A stretch of DNA of 52,640 bases, filler included, from Catajapyx aquilonaris (lineage: Eukaryota), in NCBI GenBank assembly GCA_000934665.2. It is 3 parts of 3 records of this genome, joined end to end, with 100 filler letters (N's around TTAATTAATTAA, not from the genome) between each part and the next. Parts side by side here need not be neighbours in the genome. Positions count along the whole stretch, not along the records: positions 1 to 17,412 come from JYFJ02006962.1; positions 17,513 to 34,890 come from KZ539621.1; 1 more part is not named here. One strand, given 5' to 3'. This document shows, in pieces, positions 11,101-24,831 of the stretch. The position numbers and the translations under genes were made by a program. Under the pieces are notes generated by a model. It was not told the origin of the DNA and made no database searches. It worked only from the letters and a program-made list of their open reading frames with translations. The first letter of the stretch is position 1. Each line of letters starts with the position of its first letter.

Positions 11101-14100
11101 AAGGAATAGGCCCGGACTATGCCCAAAAAGTCCCGAAATTACTGCAAAAAGTTCAAAAACTATCATAAAAAAGGATGAATAGGCATGAAAAGTCGCAAAA
11201 ACGCAGAATAGACAAAATAGCTCCCAAAACCACGAAATAGGCAATTTTAAGCACTATAAAACTACATTTTCCACGTCCTGCACTTATGAAATGGATAGAT
11301 CGCTTCACAAAACGATCCCAACAGTTAAGGAACTAAATAGGCATTTGCCTAAAAATCCGGACTCTACTGATATCATGCCACCATGTTTGAACATAAATGA
11401 AACCTGACATGGAAAGTGAAACTAGAATGGATAGTTAAGCAACAGCATTTCCAAAATCTCGGTGCATCTATTCTTTCTCCACCTGCTCCCCTATCCCAAT
11501 ATTTGCAATAAAAACAAATTGTCTCAGGAGCATCTGTAAATTTCCACTAATACAGATCTGAGAAAACTTTTGTTTCACATCATACTCTTGGCAGTGAACT
11601 CCTGAAAAAAAAAATGACATTTAATTATTTGTTAGTTGTCATCATCATAGTGGCATGTTCCAAAAACAGGGCAAATAGAAATAGTTATAGTTAATGTGTG
11701 TGAATTACATATTTGCCATTGTATTGCTCCATTAAAAGGGTTGCCACACTGTGTGAACACAATTGCACAATCATTCTTTTATGAAATATGACTTTTTGTG
11801 AACAAGCAGCAGGTCCAAAAATTAAGAAATTTTCTGACATTGCCAAAGAAAATAATAGAAAACTTTTCCACTGTGTCTAACAATTTCGTGGCAATTTGAA
11901 GTTGAACACATTTGCAAAGTCACGATTTTGATATCCTGATTTCTCAGTTAGGGATCTAATTTGACAAATAAACCGAGTCTCACTTCCTCTTCATATGTTA
12001 TAGGAACAACCTCACTTAAAATGATGCAGACATTGCTCCTGGCGCACATCCTTGAAGCCCCAATTTTGGGAAATAATCATCTCTATGGAGAAGCTACTAA
12101 ATGATATGGGCTATATTACTGAAAAACACATTAGCATTGCAATGAAGGCTTGCTTCATGATGACAACTCAAGTATATGAAGGTTGGATTTTAAATAGTGG
12201 CAAATTTGTTCCCTTTGCGCAAGGAAATGGGGTTGTGGCTTCTGTGCAAGAAGGGAGCTCCAGATAGACATGGGGCTTGCTCACGTCCAGTTTGGACCTG
12301 ATTGTGCTACTGGTGACAATGACACGGTAGTTCAAAGGGACCGCATCCTCGTGCACTGCCCTAAGCTGTGCCATCCACGTTAGAACAGAGCTCTTGGTTG
12401 AAGATCAAGGTGGCGAGAGGCCATGACAATGCCCAGTACTACCGCGATTGGAACACCATAAGAGACCAGCAATACGACGCAAGCAACCGCACTTTCTGAT
12501 GACCAGCCCTATTGCGTTGCCATGTCGCAGCTGCAATGACAGAATTATTGCTTTGTTGGCAATGGGAAACACTACAGCACCCTCCCTACTCTCCAGACAT
12601 GATCCTTTGTGATTTTGATTATTTTGTTCACAAAAATTGAAGGAGCAGTGTGAGGAAACGTATCCAGAGGATTGAAGCGATAGTACACACTTTAGGGCAA
12701 GTCATTGCAGATATCAACAAACGTCACTCTGCTGACGGCATCCAATGCCTCCCACATATCTGGAAAAGGGTCATGGAGTACCGGGACGACTACATTGAAG
12801 GAATGTATAACAAATTTGTTAATTGAAGCTTTCTTTTAAAACTGTCGCAGTGTTGCCACTATTTAAAATCCAACCCTCGTACATTTTAAACAACTTACTA
12901 GTGGCAGTTACAAAAACAGTGATATCTGAAGACTAAAATTGAGGGTATGCCCCACGACAATTCATTAGATACATATCCTTATATTGCTTTATGATTGTCT
13001 ATATGCATTCAGAATGTACCTCGATCGGGGCACAAAAAGCTAGGCCTCCACAAAAATAGCTTGTGGAAAAATTTGAGACAACTAAAAGGACCCAGACACT
13101 TGGAACACCAGGTACAGGAAACACAGTTTAAGGAAGAAAAATTCTGAGGTCAAATGAGGTGGAGGATGATTTATCATGGAGGCAAATATTCCAGGGATAA
13201 AATTGTAATGACAAGTCATGGAATCAAAATTATAACACTTACATGGAATGCTGGCTAGGATGTTTTGCTGGTGATGGTAGTGCAGGAGAGGACATTACTG
13301 AGAGACGGGATCACCAGGGTCACACTTGGTAGATGATGTGTTGGTATGGTGAGGTGCAAGACCTGCCTCACTCACGGGAAACTACTGGGCTTTCAATATG
13401 GCATGCTGAGGGGGGCATGGTGCTATGCTACTGGCCAGCCAAGTGGGAGGTCTGGGGTTCAAATCCCGTCCCCGTACCTTCGCTTGGTCAGATCTTTTTC
13501 CGCTTTTCACCCGATGTGTCAGGGCAGATTCGCATTCCCTTCTCTGTCCAGGGCCAAGAGAAAAGGTCTGGTATTTAAGGGGGCGCATTAGCAAAAAAAT
13601 ACGGTAACAATCGGTAACAATGCGAGCCCTTGGCGACCACGTAAACAAACTCGCGTATGATTGGACCGCATATGGGGATTCGACATGTCTACGCTTCTGC
13701 CATTTTCGGCCTAGAAGTGACCTTTTCATCGAGTTGAAGTGAAAGGAAAATGGCGTTCCCGAGAAGCCCATTTGAATAACATGGCGGCAGGAACGCGACA
13801 AAGTCGGGAACGCTTCTGCGCCCGTATGTCCACATTTTTAATGCAATCATATCGAGTATGGTACCATAGTAAAGGCCAAACCTTTGCACAGGGCACCTTC
13901 TTCGTGATTTTTCCGATTAACGGTCCGTTTCGCCACAAAATATATAATTCCCTCAAAAATGCGCCTACTGTATTTTTACTAATGCGCCCCTTAAGGTCAG
14001 AAATGAGTACTTAAAAGCGCCCTTCCTTGGGAACATCCCCTTCCTCCCTAAGAGGGCCCCTGGCCCTATCACAGGGTATTAAAACAAACAATATGGCATG

Positions 14101-16996
14101 CTGAGGATTTGGCTGAAGTTCAGGTGGACTAATGCTTTATGCTATCTTGAAGTCTAAAAGCAATGATGCATATCAGCTAAAACACTTTATGACACTTGGC
14201 ACTCTCTCTCAGTACGGTTGTTGTACTTCAGTGGGTCTCAATATACAGGGTGTTTCAGAGTCACGGGTCAAGCGCGCGCGAGGGGGTGGGGAAAAATGGT
14301 AGGTGGCGACAACCCCGGTCGGTTTTATAAAACAATAAGAAACACGACAGTAATCAATTTATTTATTACAGCCGTATGGCGTGACATCACATCCTTCCTG
14401 TATTCGAATTGACCGGTGAGGACTGGCAGATTCAGTGATTTGAACCTGGTTGAGCGACTTTTTAGCATTGCGGGTTGCACTGAAAAAGGCGCCCTCATGC
14501 TTCACCAGCAGGGTACTGTACAACGTAGTGTACTATACTGTACAGTGGTGTGTTCAGTACCCTGCCGGTGTAGCATGAAAGAGCCTTTTTCAGTGCAACC
14601 CACAAGGCTAAAAACCCGTTCAACCAGGTTCCAACCACTGAATCTGCCAGTCCACGCCGGTCAATTCGAATACAGAAAGGATGTGACGTTACGCCGTACC
14701 GCTGTAATAAATAAATTGATTATTGCAGTATTTCTAATTGTTTTATAAAACCGACCAGGGTTGTCGCCACCTACGATTTTCCCCCATACCATCGCGTGTG
14801 CTTGACCCGTGACTCTGAAACACCCATTATGCTTGACTGTGACTTACTTAGATCAAGAAAAACAGCTTTCCCTGGAGTTACGAGGGTTGTCCAACAATTA
14901 TTGGCAACACTGTTACACTCGGCACCCCTGGCTGCTAGGTACTGTTAGAGTCAACACTGGGGAACCCTCCAGTATCATTCGTGAAGCTGTTGCAGCAGTA
15001 TGTGTGGAGCAGTGCCTGTTCAACTGGAACTGTTCAACGTGAGCGCCCTAAGACAGCCCTGCTTCATCCAGATCCCTGTAGCATGGGGAAAATCTGCCAG
15101 AGATCACTATAAAGGTCTTGTGCAGGCGTGTGGTGACTCTGCCTGTGTATTGTACCATTGCAAGGTTGGTACAAGCTTTTAAAGGCCCCCTCCCATACCG
15201 CAACAGACCCGACCCATGTTGCAGCTGTGGCAACTCTGTTGGACATGGACCAGCAATGGACCTGCATGGAATTGGCAAGCAGCATCAATATTATAATTGC
15301 AACATAATCTCTGCCCAGAAATTCGCCTTAAGAGGAAGGATTTGTTGCAGACGGGCGCCATTGTCTTCCACTACAACGCATGATGTCATGTGGCCATTGC
15401 TGTTCGGAAACTTCTTCGAAAATGGGAATGGGAGCTGTTGGAACATCTTCCCTATCAAATTCACCTGACCTGAGTACATGTGACCAGTGCTGTATTACCA
15501 AAGGGGCCTACTGGGGAACTTTGCCCAGGGCCCAGTGAAATTTAGGGGCCCTACTGGGGCCCAATATACTGTATACATCGATACAAAAGAGCCGGTGTGA
15601 ACAGGTCACTGGGCCCCTCCAACGGGGGATGGGGTGGCGCTGCTCCTTTCACAATTGAACGTATGGGGCCCCCACGCTGCTTACCAGTCATAAACTTATA
15701 ATTTTTTTAGGTAATTGGTAATAAATATCGAAGCACGGATGAATTTCATAACAATAATCGAAGCTCGCAATTTTTTTTTTTTTTTACATGTCTGTGCCAG
15801 TATTTAGTAAAAAAGATGAAAAAATTGGATTTAGTATTACTGGTATTGTAATTTTGATTTTTATCCATCCACCAACATGTGAAATTTGAACCACTTATTT
15901 CTTGAAACATTATCATGCCAACAATCAAAACAAAGCTACTATTACATGATCTTCACATAACCCTTCTCATTACTTCTGCATATTTCCATTGCACTATTTC
16001 CCCCACACCCATGAGACCGTTTTCTAGCAGCTTCAACGTCTCATGCAACCTATAAAACAAATGCCGACGTTTACTGCGGCAAAAGTCACACATCCAGAGA
16101 GTGTCAGTCAGGCTAAGAAAATGGTAGCTTAATTCTATTTTAAATAAGTAAAAAAGTTGACAAAATGGGATTTAGTATTGGTTTTTTGTTTTGTTTTATT
16201 GTTTTATTTACCCCGTGATACAACACTTGGTCGTTATAGGGGGGTGGCAGACCACCATACAGTTTCCTTAATGGTTTTTATCTTCGAATCACCGGTGCAA
16301 GGATTACTAGGAAATAGGGTAAGGGTTGGGGGGTTTTGGGGAGGGGACACATGTGCAGGTGCATTGTCCAGTGGTGGGCCAGGTGCAGTCCCCCAGAAGG
16401 TCAGGTTGCCAAGACGCCTCCTTAGGCGCGGGTCACGACCCATTGACGCAAGCGAAAGGTTTGCTCCCAGGTGGGGATTTGAACCCGGGACCTTTCGCAT
16501 AGCAAGCCAAGATGTTACCATCTCGGTGCCTCCCCCGGGATTTAGTATTACTGCTATAGTAAATTTGATTTTTATATATCCCCCAACAAGTGCAATTTGA
16601 ACGACTCATTTCTTGGAACATTATCATGCTAACAATCAAAACAAAGCTACTATTACATGATCTTCACATAACCCTTCACATTACTTCTGCATATTTTCAT
16701 TGCACTATTTTCCCCACACCCACGAGACCGTTTTGTCGCAGCTTCGACGTCTCATGCAACCTATAAAACAAATGCCAACGTTTACTGCGGTAAGAGTCGC
16801 ACACCCTGAGATTGTGTGCCGAGACTGTCAGTCTCACATTATTCTTACTCGCAAACCACTGCCCAAACCACCACCTTCGCTTCATCAACTTACTGTCCAT
16901 GCCGGGGAAAGGTAGAGGCTGTGCCCCTGCCTGCTGTTCTAGGGCTATCTCCACATCGAATTTGATATGCTCCACACTCGCAACTAAGGTTTCCAT
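8116..16996 (-). CDS. CPSF4: Cleavage and polyadenylation specificity factor 30 kDa (Clipper), ~287 aa
   Basis: Exons 16996-16894, 9818-9615, 9461-9272, 8537-8387, 8331-8116; all GT-AG, 864 nt in frame. Motifs PLPFPGMDK, five CCCH fingers ([23 protein letters not shown]) and two CCHC knuckles (CHYCGETGHKAMQC, CYKCGAKGHYANKC). Confidence 0.96.
8888..9233 (-). mobile_element. tRNA-derived SINE (third family) in CPSF30 intron 3
   Basis: Head GTGGTGGCCTAGATGGTAAC, (AAAT)n tail, 16-bp TSD CTGTTARTAGCATTAT at 8872-8887 and 9234-9249; related to 16180-16536. Confidence 0.8.
10288..11071. mobile_element. Tigger/pogo-like MITE nested in the hAT element
   Basis: CAGTAAAACCTCTATA ... TATAGGTTTACTG|TA termini; repeated TTCGAGTTA-like motifs. 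Confidence 0.65.
10526..10756. mobile_element. Palindromic PIF/Harbinger-like MITE
   Basis: GGCCGGTATCCACTGCTCAATATCAAGGGG... and near-perfect inverse ...CCCCTTGATATTGAGCAGTGGATACCACCC; inserted at a TAA/TTA-like site. Confidence 0.7.
12177..12879 (+). mobile_element. Internally deleted mariner element
   Basis: TIR (T/C)GA(A/G)GGTTGGATTTTAAATAGTGGCAA with TA TSDs; transposase remnants WETLQHPPYSPDMILCDFDYF and DGIQCLPHIWKRVMEYRDDYIEG. Confidence 0.85.
13412..14088 (+). mobile_element. tRNA-derived SINE interrupted by a MITE
   Basis: B box GGTTCAAATCC; tail CCCTAAGAGGGCCC...CCCTATCACAGGGTA; 18-bp TSD CAATATGGCATGCTGAGG at 13394-13411 and 14089-14106. Confidence 0.85.
13579..13990. mobile_element. 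TTAA-inserting MITE (Kolobok-like GG termini)
   Basis: TTAA|GGGGGCGCATTAGCAAAAAAATAC ... GTATTTTTACTAATGCGCCCC|TTAA. Confidence 0.8.
14246..14827. mobile_element. ~580-bp fully palindromic Tc1/mariner-type MITE
   Basis: TA|CAGGGTGTTTCAGAGTCACGGGTCAAGC...; both arms are complementary up to the centre near 14535. Confidence 0.85.
14879..15460 (+). mobile_element. Decayed mariner fragment
   Basis: TACGAGGGTTGTCCAAC...TTGGCAAC terminus; remnants THVAAVATLLDMDQQWTCMELAS and LLRKWEWELLEHLPY. Confidence 0.6.
15804..16832. repeat. ~300-bp tandem duplication in CPSF30 intron 1; second copy interrupted by a SINE
   Basis: 15804-16110 aligns with 16145-16179 plus 16537-16832, e.g. AACAATCAAAACAAAGCTACTATTACATGATCTTCACATAACCCTT in both copies. 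Confidence 0.9.
16180..16536 (-). mobile_element. tRNA-derived SINE (same family as 8888-9233)
   Basis: B box GGTTCAAATCC, A-rich tail, 13-bp TSD GGGATTTAGTATT (16167-16179, 16537-16549). Confidence 0.85.
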
Positions 16997-17412
16997 ATCT
17001 GCACTCGGTAAAAGGCGGTAAATTGGCCTCACTATGTACATAAAACTAATTCACAACATGGTTATGTTACACTAGGCTCTATGACACTCAAAGGAAGCAC
17101 GCAAGACACAAGCCGGACTCGGGCCACCGGGATCATACGGACAACACGAGTGCGGTCATCCCAGCGCCATTTTGACTCCAGTCTCCAACGTGGAAGCTGC
17201 GAAGAGAGTTTCGAGTTTCCGAACCTTCCGAACCCACAACACATTTTCCTGGTCCCGGTGCCAAGGTCCCACAATAGCTATATGTCCTGAATAGTTCCTT
17301 GATTCCTCCTTCTTGTGCCTGACTTCCTTCGCCTGGGCTTCGCCAAAGCTGTATTGGCGGTAACTTATTAATTGGGGCCACGGGCGTAGGTATAGATTTT
17401 CAATGGGGGGGG

Positions 17413-17512
17413 NNNNNNNNNNNNNNNNNNNNNNNNNNNNNNNNNNNNNNNNNNNNTTAATTAATTAANNNNNNNNNNNNNNNNNNNNNNNNNNNNNNNN
17501 NNNNNNNNNNNN
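17413..17512. other. Artificial contig spacer
   Basis: 44 N + TTAATTAATTAA (stops in all six frames) + 44 N. Confidence 0.95.
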
Positions 17513-17859
17513 CCTCCCCCTCCCTGGTCCCAATAAATCTCAGCAAGAGTTTCTTGAAAGATATTTTTATAACTGAGGAATGAAAACATGTCGAAACAGA
17601 GGAAACAACAGAAGGGCCAATGAAATTTTTTGAGGGTTCAAGGTCACACCAGTTTAGGTGTATGTCCCTGACAAGGTGCAGTGGAATCCCCCTATACTGC
17701 AAGCACATCGGATACAAGCAAGTAGAAAAGTAGTAAGTTTTTGCACCATAAAACTCCTTTAAAAGACATGGCTCCATTTCCTCAAAAATTTGCTGGATTA
17801 AAAAATAAAAAGATAAAACATGTTTTCCCAAGATCAGTAACAGATGACTTGCAACCCAC

Positions 17860-19622
17860 CGGAGTGATGCAATTGCTGTCAAAGTGTTCGCCTTTCTCCT
17901 TATCAGCAGGAACATATGCGCCTTTTTCTCTCAACTCCTCCTTAATGCGTGCCACTTCCTTCATCTTCTCAGCGGTCTCCTTTGGGGCACGAAATCTGCG
18001 GGAGCGTTGCTGATTCATCTTGGCACGAGGAGCCTGACAAAGACATTTTCAACATAAATGTTCATTGTAATACAGAACCACTCAGCTGCTGGATAGCAAT
18101 AAACTGAAGACCTCAGGGGAAGAACAATCAAGGGCCACCATTTGTCAAAAATTAGTTACATATCCCATAAAATAGTTTTACTAGCGCAGAATATGATGGC
18201 TTGATCATGGTTGTGGAGTAATGATCATAGTCTACTACAGAAGGCTCTGAAAGTGGGATGTGACACAATATAATTGTTACGGGTCTTCAAATTTTGAAAT
18301 TGCTATATCTCAGTTTCACATGAGGTGGAGCTTGATCATTTCCCCCCATATTCTTATTTGAGAAATTGTATGCTTACACTGTGCACATACTGTAGATATG
18401 GACATAATTTTGAATGTAAACATTAATTTCATATGCTACATAATTATATTTATTAATTTATTAACCCAACATTTATTATTTCCCTATTCTCCCCTACATC
18501 ACCTACTAGCCCTTTTATAAGGACATCCATAAGGACATCCCACGATGGCTGTTTTTTTGGTAAATTAATGCCTTTGGTCAACAAAACTTCCATTGGCAAT
18601 ATTCAAGGGTGCCAGTACATTTCAAAACTTCATCCTCTTCCATTATAAACATGAAAAAATTTACATCTCCACAAATTAGCAATAGCTTTCCTGTATCACC
18701 ATTAATTGATACTCACAACACCGTCAATGGCCATGTAGAGGATCTTACGGGGCCGTACAATTGAGAACAGGCGGTCAATGCACTCGAAAATAGCCACCAT
18801 CATCTCATCCTCATCCTTTGGTGCAGGCCTACAAGAAATGAATGAAGCAAGTAGTATAAAAGTGAAATTCGTATGCAGTAATCGCCATGTAACTTACTTG
18901 TCTTCTGGATGAGTGCAGGGATGAATGATTCCATTCATATCCAGATACAAGTTGTCAAACTCAATGCCATTAGGATTTGGCTGAGTGAGGTCAACAGGCA
19001 ATTTCATGCCATTGGCTTCTTGAATCTGAGGAGAACATAAAGCCAAGTCCTTGTAATAATGACTACTATAGACATGATATAATTCAAGATATGTTTATTT
19101 ATATATCTTAGTAGCACATGTGGAATTAATCCTACTACTCCCGTTACTTCTGGAACAGCCCCCCACAACTCCCAGCCTAGCCTTACGGTGATAGTAGTAT
19201 AACGAGAGTCCCAGCCAGCCTGGAATTTGGTGTCCACAGGCATCGTACGATTTGGGTGGACGCCTGAACCAACCCAATCCATCCTTTCCACAGCAGCTGG
19301 GTTCGGAGAGTATTCACAGATCGCCAGTCAGCCACCTGAATCGCAAGATGCCTGTGGGGCTGCGCCAGTGCCAAATTCCAGGCTGGCGGAGACTCTCTAA
19401 TTACACTACCATATCGTGGGAGTTGTGGGGGGATGTTCCGGAGTATTGAAAGCACTTGCACTTTCTCAAAAATCATGTCAAACTTCATCAAACATGTATG
19501 TACCAAATTAACTAGTACCACCCATAATTTGTGCAATCAAGGCTTACCTTTTGCTCAATGCAGTCAACAATGATTGATGGATATTTTCGGCTCAGCCATC
19601 GAAAAAATGCTGGAACTCCCAT
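17860..19622 (-). CDS. XRN2: 5'-3' exoribonuclease 2 (Rat1), 5' part, truncated at contig end
   Basis: Exons 19622-19548 ([15 protein letters not shown]), 19025-18898 ([21 protein letters not shown]), 18828-18717 (LYMAIDGV), 18033-17860 ([15 protein letters not shown]...FDSNCITP). Confidence 0.95.
19147..19444. mobile_element. Inverted-repeat MITE in XRN2 intron 1
   Basis: GGAACAGCCCCCCACAACTCCCA...GCCAGCCTGGAATTTGG is mirrored by CCAAATTCCAGGCTGGC...TGGGAGTTGTGGGGGGATGTTCC; TA flanks. Confidence 0.7.
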
Positions 19623-20441
19623 CGCAAAAGCTTTCCTTGAATAAAAATACGAACATAATAAATAGCAACAACACATGAGCCGCTGGCGTAGACATGAACT
19701 TGCGCACCTTTACGAGCAAATCAATTATTCAGCAAAACCTGACTGCAGCAAAAACGTTCTGTTCCTCTTACTGAACAAGTGTCCATTACACGCAACCAAA
19801 AATATTCAACCGGACCATACCAATAATGTCACGGTTCCATGCTCCACTGTAAGAAGGCTTTAAGTTTCTTAAGAAATGGCCCACAGAGTCACAGGCTGGC
19901 CATGCAGCTCATATTCCAAAAAGCCTAAATTCCCCCCTCCTCTTTTTNNNNNNNNNNNNNNNNNCCCCCCCCCCCCCCCCCCCCCCTGGATTTGCGACGC
20001 TTCTCTCACCTGTTCGGCTACAGCCGGCCGGCCAGGAAGTAGATCAAAAACACTGCGAATTTAGATGCCGTCCTGTCGGGCGGTGTCCGGCCCAATCGGC
20101 GCGGCACAGAAGAAACAACTAAAAACACTGGAGAATTTTCAGTCCAAGCTTGGAGTCGGCTTCGCCATGCCAAAAGTGGGGGAAGGAGGGGAAGGGAAGG
20201 GAAGCCAAGGAGTGTGGCGGGATGGAACTAAGAGCGATTTTTCGGAATAGCAATGTGGAAGTAGCAGTGATTTTATCTAGCTCTGAACGCATGTTGCAGA
20301 GTGAACATAATATGTCACATTTCCATGGAAATTTGATTTTTTTAATTTCCAGGAGCAATGTGTTGTTAAATATTGCAGTAATTTTTACGTGAGTGTCTTG
20401 GTCAAAATTATCAGTAAGCATACCACTAGTGCATATTAATT

Positions 20442-24021
<3,580 letters not shown>

Positions 24022-24831
24022 GACTAACACTAACTTTTGTGCACTTGAATGTGAAATGTTATTTTAAACTTGCAGAAAATCCAGCTCAAAGTTACACAGT
24101 CAGACCATTTAATCTCCCTTACTCCAAGGTCAAAATTGGGAAGGACTACCTCTCATAAATCACTTTGACATTAATACGATGGAAGGATGTCAAGAATTTA
24201 CGACAACCACTCAGCTTGTAATCTTCGTCATGTCTACAACACATAATGAACACATTAAGCTGCTTCAGAATATGTAATTATGAAAATCTGTAAGTTCTCA
24301 GCTCGAAGTCTTTGATGAGTGTATGACAACAAATTAAAAGATACAGGGAGTCTGGAGTACACACAATGTATAATTATATCTTATCAATCTAATTTTGGAC
24401 AGAATGCTGATTGAAATGGTGGGATTGGATTTTATTGGATGCATCTTCCACTATGCCACTTTGGATCCTCAAACCCACTGACTGAACTGGGGATGTTTCA
24501 GAATGTATCTCTCACGCAGTTACATGGCTTCTCATTGAAGAAAGAAATGCTCCTCTACATGCAACAAGCAGACTTGCAATATATTCTGACAAGTCACAAG
24601 TAATTCCACCACCATTTTCAAGGAGGGAGCTTTAATACACAACACACACTATGCCAATTCAATAATACTATATTATTTCTCTCTTACAAATCTACTAGTA
24701 GTACAAAAAATAATGCCAACATTTTATACATAATAACTCCAACCCCTGTAAACGTATTGATTTAGCACCAGTTTCCAAAATAGCAACCTCTTACAAATAT
24801 CAAAAAGGAACAGCTGCCAATATAATGCATG

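Larger units (their letters stand above)
9874..11366. mobile_element. Non-autonomous hAT element
   Basis: TIRs TAGAGTCCAGATTTTAGGCA / TGCCTAAAAATCCGGACTCTA; perfect 8-bp TSD CTGATATC (9866-9873, 11367-11374); ATAGGCA subterminal repeats. Confidence 0.88.

Noticed and set aside
17457..17468. TTAATTAATTAA palindrome (also at 34935-34946)
   Set aside because: Six-frame stop linker centred in 100-bp spacers; not biological.
8116..19622. Apparent cluster of 3'-processing and termination genes (CPSF30 next to XRN2)
   Set aside because: They are separated by an artificial N/TTAATTAATTAA spacer, and XRN2 is cut after ~163 codons, so adjacency is unsupported.
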